A DNA stretch of 64,000 nt from assembly GCA_964566575.1 (NCBI GenBank), contig CAZMKD010000147.1:13001-77000 (forward strand). Reading direction: 5' to 3'. This DNA comes from an uncultured Verrucomicrobiota bacterium (GTDB lineage: Bacteria; Verrucomicrobiota; Verrucomicrobiia; Palsa-1439). This document shows positions 27,090 to 35,464 of the stretch, in pieces; position 1 is the first letter of the stretch; each line of letters opens with the position of its first letter. Position numbers and translations under genes: made by a program. The notes under the pieces were generated by a model. It was not told where the DNA came from. It did no database searches and was given only the letters and a program-made list of their open reading frames with translations.

Positions 27090-29039
27090 ATGAAGGGCAA
27101 GTCGATCAATCTCGAACGGGATGCTGACGGCATCGCGTGGGTGGTGTTCGATGACCCGAACGCCAAGGTCAACGTTTTCAACTCCGGCAACGTCGCGTTG
27201 CTGGACCGGATTCTCGACGAACTGGCGCAGCAGAAACCGAAGCGTGTCGTCTTCATCAGCGGCAAGCCGGACACCTTCATTGCCGGGGCGGACATTAAAG
27301 AGTTGGAGAAAATTCGCGACGACGCGCACGGCGAGGAACTATCGAGGGCTGGTCACAAGATTTTCGCCAAGATCGAGAACCTCGGCGTCTCGACGGTGGC
27401 GGCGATAGATGGCGCGTGCCTCGGCGGCGGCTGCGAGTTAGCGCTGGCGTGCAGCGCCCGGGTGGCGACTGACAATCCGAAGACACAGATTGGGCTGCCG
27501 GAAACGCAACTTGGCATAATTCCCGGCTGGGGCGGCACACAGCGGTTGCCGGGATTGATCGGATTGCGTGCGGCGCTGGAGATCATCGTGCCCGGCAAGA
27601 CGCTGGATGCTGCGCGCGCCTTGAAGGTCGGACTTGTGGACGCCGTCGTGCCCAAAGTTGCGTTGCGAGAGGCTGCGGTGAAAACAATTTGTAGGAGCGC
27701 CCTTCCGGGCGCGACCGGCCGGAGTCGCGCGCAGAAGCGCGCTCCCACATTGCCGGACTTTATCGTGCGTGCGATTGCTCGCAAGCAAACCCTGGCGAAA
27801 ACCCACGGTCATTATCCGGCGCCGTTGAAGGCGATCGAAATTGCCGGGCGCGGGTTCGAGGCGGAGGCGCGGGCGTTCGGCGAAGTGTCGGCAACATCGC
27901 AGTGCAAGAACCTGATTCGGGTTTTCTTTCTACGCGAGAAATACTCGAAGCTGCGGTTGCCGGGCGGCGAGAGAGCGAAGAAGATTGAGAAGGTCGGCGT
28001 GCTTGGCGCCGGCACGATGGGCGCCGGCATCGCGATGTGGTGCAGCGCGCGCGGCTTGACGGTGCGGTTGAAGGACATCAAGCCGGAGTTTGTTGCGGTC
28101 GGCATGAAACGCATCGAGGACGCTTACCGGGATGGGGTAAAGCGGCGCAAAATTACCGAGTTGCAGATGCAGCAAGGCATGGCGCGCGTGCATCCGACTA
28201 CCGAGTACACGGGCTTCGGTGATTGCAACATCGTCATCGAGGCGGTGCTGGAGAAGATCGAGATCAAGCGGCCGGTCTTCAGCGAACTCACGCCACTGCT
28301 CCGGCCAGACTGTGTTATCGCGTCGAACACCTCGGCGATTCCGATCGATGATCTGGCGGCAGCGACGGGACGGCCGGAGAAGTTTGTCGGGATTCACTTT
28401 TTCAATCCCGTTCACAAGATGCCACTGGTGGAAGTGGTGCGCGGCACAAAGACGTCGCCGGAAGTCGTCGCCGCAGCCGTTGAGTTTGCGAAGCAGCTCA
28501 AGAAGATACCGGTGGTCGTCAAAGGCGCGCCGGGGTTCTTGGTGAACCGGTTGTTGATGCCGTACCTGAACGAAGCCGGCGTCATATTGGGCGAAGGCGT
28601 GGGCGTGGAAGCGTTGGACAAGGCAATGGTGGATTTTGGCTGGCCGATGGGGCCGGCACGGTTGATTGACGAAATCGGCATTGACGTGACGCTGGATGTG
28701 GCACGCGAGTTGGCCGAGGCGTTTCGTGGCCGGATGATTGTCGCGCCAATTCTCCGGCAAGTGCACGAGCAGGGCTTGAAAGGGCGCAAGGGTGGGGCAG
28801 GGTTTTACATCGGGGACCGGCCGAACCCGGCCGTCAAACTTCCCGGCGGCAAGAGCCTGAGCGCCGACGAGATTCAGAAGCGGTTGATGAACGCGATGGT
28901 GGCGGAAGCCAAGTTATGCTTGAAGGAGGGGATTGTCGCGGCGGAGGACGACATTGATGTGGCGCTGATTTTCGGTACCGGCTTCCCGCCGTTTCGTGGT
29001 GGGCTGGTGAAATGGGCGCGCGATACGGAGGTGTGGTGA
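27090..29039 (+). CDS. fadB: fatty-acid oxidation complex alpha subunit-like (enoyl-CoA hydratase + 3-hydroxyacyl-CoA dehydrogenase), FadB/FadJ-like
   Basis: Crotonase fold (AAIDGACLGGGCELAL) and an NAD-binding domain (VGVLGAGTMGAGIA), 649 aa in total. Confidence 0.9.
   Translation: MKGKSINLERDADGIAWVVFDDPNAKVNVFNSGNVALLDRILDELAQQKPKRVVFISGKPDTFIAGADIKELEKIRDDAHGEELSRAGHKIFAKIENLGVSTVAAIDGACLGGGCELALACSARVATDNPKTQIGLPETQLGIIPGWGGTQRLPGLIGLRAALEIIVPGKTLDAARALKVGLVDAVVPKVALREAAVKTICRSALPGATGRSRAQKRAPTLPDFIVRAIARKQTLAKTHGHYPAPLKAIEIAGRGFEAEARAFGEVSATSQCKNLIRVFFLREKYSKLRLPGGERAKKIEKVGVLGAGTMGAGIAMWCSARGLTVRLKDIKPEFVAVGMKRIEDAYRDGVKRRKITELQMQQGMARVHPTTEYTGFGDCNIVIEAVLEKIEIKRPVFSELTPLLRPDCVIASNTSAIPIDDLAAATGRPEKFVGIHFFNPVHKMPLVEVVRGTKTSPEVVAAAVEFAKQLKKIPVVVKGAPGFLVNRLLMPYLNEAGVILGEGVGVEALDKAMVDFGWPMGPARLIDEIGIDVTLDVARELAEAFRGRMIVAPILRQVHEQGLKGRKGGAGFYIGDRPNPAVKLPGGKSLSADEIQKRLMNAMVAEAKLCLKEGIVAAEDDIDVALIFGTGFPPFRGGLVKWARDTEVW
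27690..27749. repeat. REPIN copy inserted in frame inside the fadB-like CDS
   Basis: TGTAGGAGCGCCCTTCCGGGCGCGA, then CCGGCCGGAG, then TCGCGCGCAGAAGCGCGCTCCCACA. It translates as ...TICRSALPGATGRSRAQKRAPTL... in the linker between the hydratase and dehydrogenase domains. Confidence 0.8.
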
Positions 29040-29584
29040 TGGGGTTTGAATTCCAAGAGGGCGATTCGCTGACCGGGCAGGTGCTCGCGGCAGCGCCGGA
29101 TCTGCTCGACCCGAATTTTCACAAGACGGTCGTCTACATCGTCGAGCATGCCGCAACCGGTGCGCTGGGGTTCGTGATGAATCGGCCGCTGGGCAAGAAA
29201 CTGAGCGAGATCACGAAGGAGCTGGACTTGCCGGTGGCGTTGAAAAACCTGCCCGTGTTCGAAGGCGGGCCGGTGAAGCCGAACAGCCTGTTGTTTGCGT
29301 GCTTCAAGCGCGGAGGCAACGACGAGGAAGTCGTGTGTGAAATTGTGGCCGATCCCACGGAGATGAAAACCGGCGGATGCGTTCGGGCGTTCGCCGGCTA
29401 TACAGGCTGGGCAGAAGGGCAGTTGGAGCGTGAGTTGACGGAGCAAACGTGGAAGATCTGTCCCCCGCACGTGGCCCTGCTCGAAGAGCCGGTCCCGCCG
29501 GCGTTGTGGCCGGCATTCGTCAGCGATGACCAGCGGTGGCGGAAGCTGCAGTCGTTGTTGCCGAAAGATACGGGGCAGAACTGA
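29039..29584 (+). CDS. YqgE/AlgH family protein (UPF0301)
   Basis: ...DPNFHKTVVYIVEH...GALGFVMNRP..., the DUF179 signature. It has an ATGA overlap with the fadB stop. Confidence 0.75.
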   Translation: MGFEFQEGDSLTGQVLAAAPDLLDPNFHKTVVYIVEHAATGALGFVMNRPLGKKLSEITKELDLPVALKNLPVFEGGPVKPNSLLFACFKRGGNDEEVVCEIVADPTEMKTGGCVRAFAGYTGWAEGQLERELTEQTWKICPPHVALLEEPVPPALWPAFVSDDQRWRKLQSLLPKDTGQN

Positions 29585-29616
29585 ATTGTGGTCGCGCCCG
29601 GAAGGGCGCTCCTACA
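29585..29616. repeat. degenerate REPIN (left arm reduced to ATTGTGG, intact right arm)
   Basis: ATTGTGG + TCGCGCCCGGAAGGGCGCTCCTACA. The TAG stop codon of tadA (29612..29614, minus strand) lies within the right arm. Confidence 0.75.
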
Positions 29617-30079
29617 GGCGTCTGACGCGGAAGAAATCCTGCAGAAGTTGCCGCGCTTCGGCTTCTTTCACACCGGCGTTGACGGTGACCGTGTGGTTGA
29701 GTCCGCCCTGCCCGGTAATGTCGAAGATTGAACCGGCCCCGCCGCTCTTCGGATCGGCCACGCCGTAGACGAGTCGCTGCACCCGCGCCAGCACAGTCGC
29801 GCCGGCGCACATCGGGCACGGCTCTTTGGTAACGAAGAGCGTCGAGCCGTCAAGCCGCCAATCGCCGACGGCCTGCGCCGCTTGGGTGATGGCGAGAACT
29901 TCGGCGTGGGCCGTGGCGTCTTTCAGCAGTTCGACCTGATTGAACGCGCGCGCGATGATTTTGCCGTCGCGGGCAATGACTGCGCCGACCGGGACTTCTT
30001 CGGCGTCGAACGCCATCCGCGCTTGTCGGAGCGCTTCGCCCATAAAGTAATCGTCACTGGTGAGCTCGATTTCGGACAT
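29612..30079 (-). CDS. tadA: tRNA-specific adenosine deaminase
   Basis: HAEVLAI and PCPMCAGA, the CDA zinc motifs. The start is assigned at MSEIELTSDDYFMGEAL. Confidence 0.85.
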   Translation of the reverse strand: MSEIELTSDDYFMGEALRQARMAFDAEEVPVGAVIARDGKIIARAFNQVELLKDATAHAEVLAITQAAQAVGDWRLDGSTLFVTKEPCPMCAGATVLARVQRLVYGVADPKSGGAGSIFDITGQGGLNHTVTVNAGVKEAEARQLLQDFFRVRRL

Positions 30080-30115
30080 TTGCCGGATGCTAGCCGGTCG
30101 GCTAGGATTCGACAA

Positions 30116-30901
30116 GTGAGCAAGATCGCGGACATTTCGACGGGACGTACACGGCTGCGGGTGACCGGTGCCGACCGAGCGGAGTTCCTGCACGGGCAGT
30201 GCACGAACAGCATCAAGAAGCTCCGGCCGGGCCAGAGTTGCTACGCGGCGTTTCTCAACGCGAAGGGAAAGATGCGGGGTGATGCGCACGTCGTTTGTCG
30301 GCCAGAGGAGTTCTTGTTGGAGGCGAGCGTCGGGCTGCAAGCATCACTGGAGAAGTTTGTCATTACGGAGGACGTGGTGATCGAAGACGTCAGCGCGTCG
30401 CTGGGCGCGTGGCTGGTGATCGATGAATCGCCGGGCGGCATTACATTCGAGCATCCGCTTGGGACGGGCGTGTTGAGCGCCGAGCCGCTGCCGGTCAAGG
30501 TGGATGCCGGAGCGCTGGAGGTGTTGCGAGTGGAGGCCGGTGTTCCCGCTTGGGGCGTGGATATGGATGAGGAAACCATTCCCGTCGAGGCCGGTTTGGC
30601 GGCACGGGCGATTTCGTACGACAAAGGCTGTTACATCGGCCAAGAGACGATCGCGCGGATCAAGACGTACGGCCATGTGAACCGACATCTGGTGCAGTTG
30701 GTCGGGGAAAGCGAGACCGGGCCGGGCGCGAGCCTGTCGGTCGGCGAGCGGGAGGCGGGGCGGTTGACCAGCGTGGTGCGCTCGAACCGGCTTGGCAAAT
30801 TCATCGCGCTGGGATACGTTCGGCGTGAGTGCGCCAAAGCGGGAACGGTCCTGCAGGCGGGCGAACAATCATGGGAGATCATCAAGTTATGTGGCGAATG
30901 A
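30116..30901 (+). CDS. folate-binding YgfZ/GcvT-family protein
   Basis: Aminomethyltransferase-like fold (...GCYIGQETIARIKTYGHVNR...). A probable GTG start was chosen so that the gene does not overlap tadA. Confidence 0.7.
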   Translation: MSKIADISTGRTRLRVTGADRAEFLHGQCTNSIKKLRPGQSCYAAFLNAKGKMRGDAHVVCRPEEFLLEASVGLQASLEKFVITEDVVIEDVSASLGAWLVIDESPGGITFEHPLGTGVLSAEPLPVKVDAGALEVLRVEAGVPAWGVDMDEETIPVEAGLAARAISYDKGCYIGQETIARIKTYGHVNRHLVQLVGESETGPGASLSVGEREAGRLTSVVRSNRLGKFIALGYVRRECAKAGTVLQAGEQSWEIIKLCGE

Positions 30902-31488
30902 AAGTCGCAGTGGTACTGGCAACAGCAACGTTCATCCTAAAAGGTACAACAATCATGGCGGCGGACTCGAACAAGGTGGCGGTGGTGGAGACGAAATTCG
31001 GCAAGATGGTGATCGAATTTTACGAGAAGGATGCGCCGAAGACGGTGGAGAATTTCCAGACGCTGGCGGGGAAGGGGTTCTATGACGGCACGACCTTTCA
31101 CCGAATTGTGAAGGGTTTCATGATTCAGGGCGGTGATCCGCTCAGCAAGGACCCAAACAACACTCGCGCCGGTACCGGCGATCCGGGCTATAAGATCAAA
31201 GCGGAGTTCAACAAGAATTTGCACCAACTCGGCGTGGTCTCAATGGCGCGTTCGGCTGATCCGGATTCGGCGGGCTGTCAGTTCTTCATTTGTCTTGGCG
31301 ACGCGTCGTTTCTCGACGGCAAGTACACCGCGTTCGGCAAACTGATTGCCGGCGAGGACGTACTGAAGAAGATCGGCGACCTGCCGACGAAGGCGGGACC
31401 GATGGGAGGGGAGAAAAGCACTCCGGAAGAGCGCGTCGTGATCGAGCATGTCAAACTCATGACCCAAGCCGAGGCGCTCAAGAAGTAA
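30889..31488 (+). CDS. peptidyl-prolyl cis-trans isomerase, cyclophilin type (secreted)
   Basis: Signal peptide, then FHRIVKGFMIQGGDP and SMARSADPDSAGCQFFI. Confidence 0.85.
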   Translation: MWRMKVAVVLATATFILKGTTIMAADSNKVAVVETKFGKMVIEFYEKDAPKTVENFQTLAGKGFYDGTTFHRIVKGFMIQGGDPLSKDPNNTRAGTGDPGYKIKAEFNKNLHQLGVVSMARSADPDSAGCQFFICLGDASFLDGKYTAFGKLIAGEDVLKKIGDLPTKAGPMGGEKSTPEERVVIEHVKLMTQAEALKK

Positions 31489-31676
31489 TGACGATTAGCG
31501 AGTTGGCGGAGGCGCTGCGGAAGCTCGGTTGTCCAGCCGACCAGTCCGAAGCGATGGCTGCGCAGCTCGACCGGAAGGCGCGGATGGACGCGGAGCGGCG
31601 GAACATCAGCTACGATGTGGCGCGCGATCACTTGCTGCAGTTGATGGCGCAAGGCTGGGCGAGCCGCCGTCCGTGA
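31489..31676 (+). CDS. hypothetical small protein (62 aa)
   Basis: MTISELAEALRKLGCPADQSEAMAAQLDRKARMD.... It is translationally coupled at both ends (TAATGA upstream, GTGA downstream). Confidence 0.4.
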
Positions 31677-33256
31677 AGCGCACACTGACACTCCTGCTGG
31701 CGCTGGCCGTTCTGTCGGTGAGTGGGCACGCCCGGGAAGTTCACATCGCGCTACTTCACACGTGCGACCTCCACGGCAACGTCCTACCGACCGAAAGCTA
31801 CGAAGGCCGAACCAATCTCGGCGGGATCGCCCGATGCGCAACCGTGATCCGGCAAGTCCGCGCCGAACAGCCCAACACCCTTTTGCTCGATGCTGGCGAT
31901 ACTATCCAAGGCGCGGCCATCAGCTACCTCACCGGCGGGCAGGCGATGGTCAAAGTGCTGAACTTGCTGCGCTACGACGCGTGGTGCTGGGGCAACCATG
32001 AGTTCGACTGGGGACTGGAGAAACTCGCCGCCTGCGCCAAGACGGCCGAAATGCCGATCCTCAATGCCAACCTCCACGGTTCGGCGGCCATCTTGAAACG
32101 CGTTACTCCGTTTGTGATTCGAGAAGTGGACGGCGTGAAAATCGGCATCATCGGGCTGAACACACCCGGGATTCCGAACTGGAGCCGGCCGCGACTGATC
32201 CCCGGATTAGATTTCGCCGACTCAATCGAGACGTTGAAGCCCATTGTGCCGGCGCTTCAGCGGGCCGGAGCGAGAGTCCTGGTGCTCGTCTGTCATCAGG
32301 GTTACCGGGAGGGCGGAGACGATCATGCCAATCAAGTGAACGCCATTGCGCGCACCTTTCCGGAACTGGATGTGATCATCGGCGGGCATACACACCGGAA
32401 TTTCCCGGAGTACAAGATCGGCAATGTCCTGTACTGCCAGGCCGGCTACCATGGCATTCACCTCGGCCGGGTGGATCTTATGTTCGACACAAATGCCGGC
32501 CGGGTCACGCGCCGCGAGTCGAACACGCTCCTGATGGATGGGCGCATTCCTCTGGACCAATCCGTCCTGGACGCGTGCGCTGAAGACATTGATCGCGTAC
32601 AGAAGATGAAAGCGATTGTCATTGGCAGGGCGACGGAGGAGTTCGTGACGCGAGGAGCTCCCAAGCATGAGACGGCGATTCATAATCTACTCTTTGAATC
32701 CATCTCCGGTGCATTCCGAAAACAGGGAGTAACAGTGGACGCCGTTGTTCATGGAATTTTTGAAGAACGTGGCGCGCTTCAGCGTGGCGCGATTACAATC
32801 GGGGACGTGTGGAAAATCGTCCCGTACGAGAACACAATCGGCGTGCTACGACTCACTCCCGGGGAGTTGAAGGAAGTACTCGATGAAAACGCGGCGGCCT
32901 ATGAACGACGAGAGTTCCGAGGGATTGGAGGCGTGTGCTGGACATTCGATCCCACCGGTGGCGAGAGCAACCGGGTCATTGCCGTTACCCGGCGGGATGG
33001 CTCGTGGCTGCCAGAGGACAGGCGATTGGCAGTCGCTTTCAATAGCTACGAACTCGCCAGCGGCGGTTTACGCTGGAAAAGGCTGCGAGAATTAGCTGAC
33101 AAACCAGAGACTGAACTCGTCGAGTACGATGTTCAAATCCGTCAGGCGGTCATTGACTATATCCAGCAACGCGGCGAAATCTCACCGACGATCCGCGGTT
33201 GGTGGAAGGCGCAACCGCGCCTGCCAACCGTCACTCGGCCGGGGCCGGCTCGCTAA
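31673..33256 (+). CDS. bifunctional metallophosphatase/5'-nucleotidase (UshA-like), secreted
   Basis: GTG start. Signal peptide, calcineurin-like motifs DLHGN, GDTIQG and GNHEFD, then a 5'-nucleotidase C-terminal domain. Confidence 0.8.
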   Translation: MKRTLTLLLALAVLSVSGHAREVHIALLHTCDLHGNVLPTESYEGRTNLGGIARCATVIRQVRAEQPNTLLLDAGDTIQGAAISYLTGGQAMVKVLNLLRYDAWCWGNHEFDWGLEKLAACAKTAEMPILNANLHGSAAILKRVTPFVIREVDGVKIGIIGLNTPGIPNWSRPRLIPGLDFADSIETLKPIVPALQRAGARVLVLVCHQGYREGGDDHANQVNAIARTFPELDVIIGGHTHRNFPEYKIGNVLYCQAGYHGIHLGRVDLMFDTNAGRVTRRESNTLLMDGRIPLDQSVLDACAEDIDRVQKMKAIVIGRATEEFVTRGAPKHETAIHNLLFESISGAFRKQGVTVDAVVHGIFEERGALQRGAITIGDVWKIVPYENTIGVLRLTPGELKEVLDENAAAYERREFRGIGGVCWTFDPTGGESNRVIAVTRRDGSWLPEDRRLAVAFNSYELASGGLRWKRLRELADKPETELVEYDVQIRQAVIDYIQQRGEISPTIRGWWKAQPRLPTVTRPGPAR

Positions 33257-34025
33257 CAAATGTGAAGTCCGCAGCGTTGCGCAGCTTGATCTGCAGAGTC
33301 CCACGGTACTCAGTGACTTGCGCTTTCACACGCACGACGTTGCCGACGTTGAGTTGCTGTTTAATCGGCTCTTGGACGGCACTCCAAAAGACGAGTGGAA
33401 TTCGTGCGTTGTCTTGAACCAGTGTAACGGTGTACGGCGCCTTTTCGGAGCGCGGCTCGCGAATCTCGGTGATATTCGCCTGTACCGTCACGTCCCGGTT
33501 CATCAGTGCCGTTGTGATGCTCGCCACGGGGGTCAAGGCTCCCGCTTCAGGAGCCGGTGGGGCGGAGGGGGGCGTCAGAGTCTTCTCGGCAGGGGGAGCA
33601 GCCGTTTCCGTTTTCCCGATCACTTTGATATCAGTGGCCGCCTGTATTTTCAGTTGGAGATGCTCTCTATATTTCGCGACCTTCGCATTCACGTGAACAA
33701 CGGTGCCGAGTTCCAGTTGTGATTTTGTGTTAATGACTTCGAACACGTCCGGCCAGACAACCAGCGTCATTGTGCCGGTGAGATCGGAAAGCTCAACTCG
33801 AACTGGACCCTTGGCGTCATCGCGTGGTGGAGTAACAGATTTGACAGTCGCCTCAACCTCCACAGCGGAATCAACCAAGCCTTCGTTGATCGAGCCAAGG
33901 TCAGTATTGGTTATCGGAGTCGTTGTGACAGCGGCCTCGGCGCGATGCGTAACGGACGACATCAGCAAACTCAAGCCGATGACCAGAACAAAAATGTGCG
34001 TCCGAGAATGGAACAGAGTTATCAT
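33231..34025 (-). CDS. secreted protein with two tandem OB-fold (tRNA_anti-like/BOF) domains
   Basis: Signal peptide plus two repeats of '...V.V.A.V..YR..LQ.K...' OB-fold units. Confidence 0.6.
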   Translation of the reverse strand: MITLFHSRTHIFVLVIGLSLLMSSVTHRAEAAVTTTPITNTDLGSINEGLVDSAVEVEATVKSVTPPRDDAKGPVRVELSDLTGTMTLVVWPDVFEVINTKSQLELGTVVHVNAKVAKYREHLQLKIQAATDIKVIGKTETAAPPAEKTLTPPSAPPAPEAGALTPVASITTALMNRDVTVQANITEIREPRSEKAPYTVTLVQDNARIPLVFWSAVQEPIKQQLNVGNVVRVKAQVTEYRGTLQIKLRNAADFTFVSEPAPAE

Positions 34026-34134
34026 TGCGAATCTCCCCTCCGGATTTCTATCCACTTAGTTAAGAGCATTTTCGCGCTGAAGAGTCAGCACAGCAAGAGA
34101 AATTGGAGGCGGGCTCTCTCAAGACTGAGGCATT

Positions 34135-34150
34135 GAGGCACGGCTATTGC
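34135..34150 (+). promoter_or_regulatory. sigma-54-type promoter candidate upstream of pilC
   Basis: AGGCACGGCTATTGCT matches the TGGCACG-N4-TTGCW consensus with one mismatch. It lies about 55 nt upstream of the pilC ATG. Confidence 0.5.
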
Positions 34151-34205
34151 TAAAAATGAGAATCAACCGGATGCGAGTTTAAGAGAGGAAGCCCTTTTTT
34201 CCATT

Positions 34206-35414
34206 ATGTTGGCCTTTCATTACCAGGCGCGAGACAACGCAGGACAAGTAATCAGCGGACAAATCGAAGCGGCAGATCAGCAGGGCGCAGCGACGATCCT
34301 GTCCAACCGCAACCTCATGATTGTCTCTCTCCGTCCGAGCGGTTCGCGGAGAGCTTCCACCAAACGCATGCAGGGCAAAGTCAAAGCCCAGGATCTTGTC
34401 GTGTTCTCCCGGCAACTGGCGACGATGATGGATGCCGGACTCCCGTTGTTGCAGTCGCTCACGGCCTTGGAGGAACAGACCGACAGTAAGGTGTTCAAGG
34501 GCATCATTCGATCTATCATGCAAAAGGTCGAAGCCGGCGACGCCCTTTCCTTAGCCCTCGCTGCGTATCCAAAGGTGTTCAACAAACTATACGTGAGCAT
34601 GGTCGAGGCGGGAGAGACCGGCGGTTTGCTGGCCGAGATTCTCGATCGCGTCGCCACCTACCTCGAGGCATCGTCGCGGTTGAAGAAGAAGGTCAAGTCC
34701 GCCATGTCCTATCCGGTGATTGTGTGCGCGATCGCGATGTGCATCTCGCTGTTCCTGCTCATGAAGGTCATCCCGATCTTTGGCGACATTTATAAAGACT
34801 TCGGCGCCAAGCTGCCGACGCCCACCCAGATATTGATCAATTTCAGCGATTTTCTGCGGGCGCATTTCTTAATGTTCATCGGCGCTCTGGGAGGAATGAT
34901 CTTCGCCTTCGTCAAACTCAAGCGCACGAGCCGCGGGACGCGGATTTGGGATCGGGTCAAACTTAAATTCCCGATCTTCGGAAAGCTTGCTCACAAGATT
35001 TGCATCACGCGATTTGCGCGCACGTTCGCCGCGCTCCTCCGTAGCGGTGTTCCAATTCTGGAGACGCTGCGGATCGTCGGTCAGTCGTCCGGCAACACCC
35101 AGGTTGAAATCGCGGTGGAGAAGACCGCGGCCAGCATCGAACGGGGCGACGGCCTGGCCTTGGCGCTCGGCCAACACGCCATCTTTCCGCCCATGCTGGT
35201 TCGCATGGTGGCGGCCGGCGAGCAGACCGGCAAAGTCGACGTCATGCTCGAGAAGATCTCAGATTTTTTTGATGAAGAGATTGAGGCGACATTGTCAGCT
35301 CTGACTTCGCTGATCGAGCCCCTGCTGATTGTGTTCTTGGGCGTTGTGGTCGGCACAATCGTCGTCTGCATGTTCCTGCCGATCTTCAAACTCAACCAGA
35401 TCGTGCAGTTCTAG
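34206..35414 (+). CDS. pilC: type IV pilus / type II secretion platform protein (GspF/PilC family)
   Basis: 402 aa with two GspF repeats (...KVEAGDALSLAL... and ...ASIERGDGLALAL...). Confidence 0.85.
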   Translation: MLAFHYQARDNAGQVISGQIEAADQQGAATILSNRNLMIVSLRPSGSRRASTKRMQGKVKAQDLVVFSRQLATMMDAGLPLLQSLTALEEQTDSKVFKGIIRSIMQKVEAGDALSLALAAYPKVFNKLYVSMVEAGETGGLLAEILDRVATYLEASSRLKKKVKSAMSYPVIVCAIAMCISLFLLMKVIPIFGDIYKDFGAKLPTPTQILINFSDFLRAHFLMFIGALGGMIFAFVKLKRTSRGTRIWDRVKLKFPIFGKLAHKICITRFARTFAALLRSGVPILETLRIVGQSSGNTQVEIAVEKTAASIERGDGLALALGQHAIFPPMLVRMVAAGEQTGKVDVMLEKISDFFDEEIEATLSALTSLIEPLLIVFLGVVVGTIVVCMFLPIFKLNQIVQF

Positions 35415-35464
35415 CCGGGAAGGCGACACGGGGGTGTCGCCGCGAGACAGGAGGAGATGCAAAT

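Larger units (their letters stand above)
26512..27093 (+). mobile_element. tnpA_REP: REP-associated tyrosine transposase (RAYT, IS200/IS605-like Y1 transposase), probably degenerate
   Basis: Reads ...NHCYFVTTNAADMKPMF...FVVMPDHVHLAFVL...WQPAYYEHLVRDEKDFRARLDYMHANPIRKGLA. This is the HUH motif plus the YYEH tyrosine region, and it aligns with the E. coli YafM-type RAYT that I recall. There is no canonical in-frame start upstream of the N-terminal beta-strand; the first in-frame ATG is at 26569. It contains a REP-derived insertion and is flanked by REPs. Confidence 0.7.

Noticed and set aside
19993-29616. Whether the repeated 25-mers could be a CRISPR array
   Set aside because: The units occur as inverted pairs with irregular spacing (10 nt to several kb), lie inside and between genes, and no cas genes are present. 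The pattern is that of REP/REPIN elements.
29882-30115. An ATG start at 29882 for the ygfZ-like gene
   Set aside because: It would overlap tadA by about 200 nt on the opposite strand. An in-frame GTG at about 30116 gives a sensible N-terminus and a 36-bp divergent spacer.
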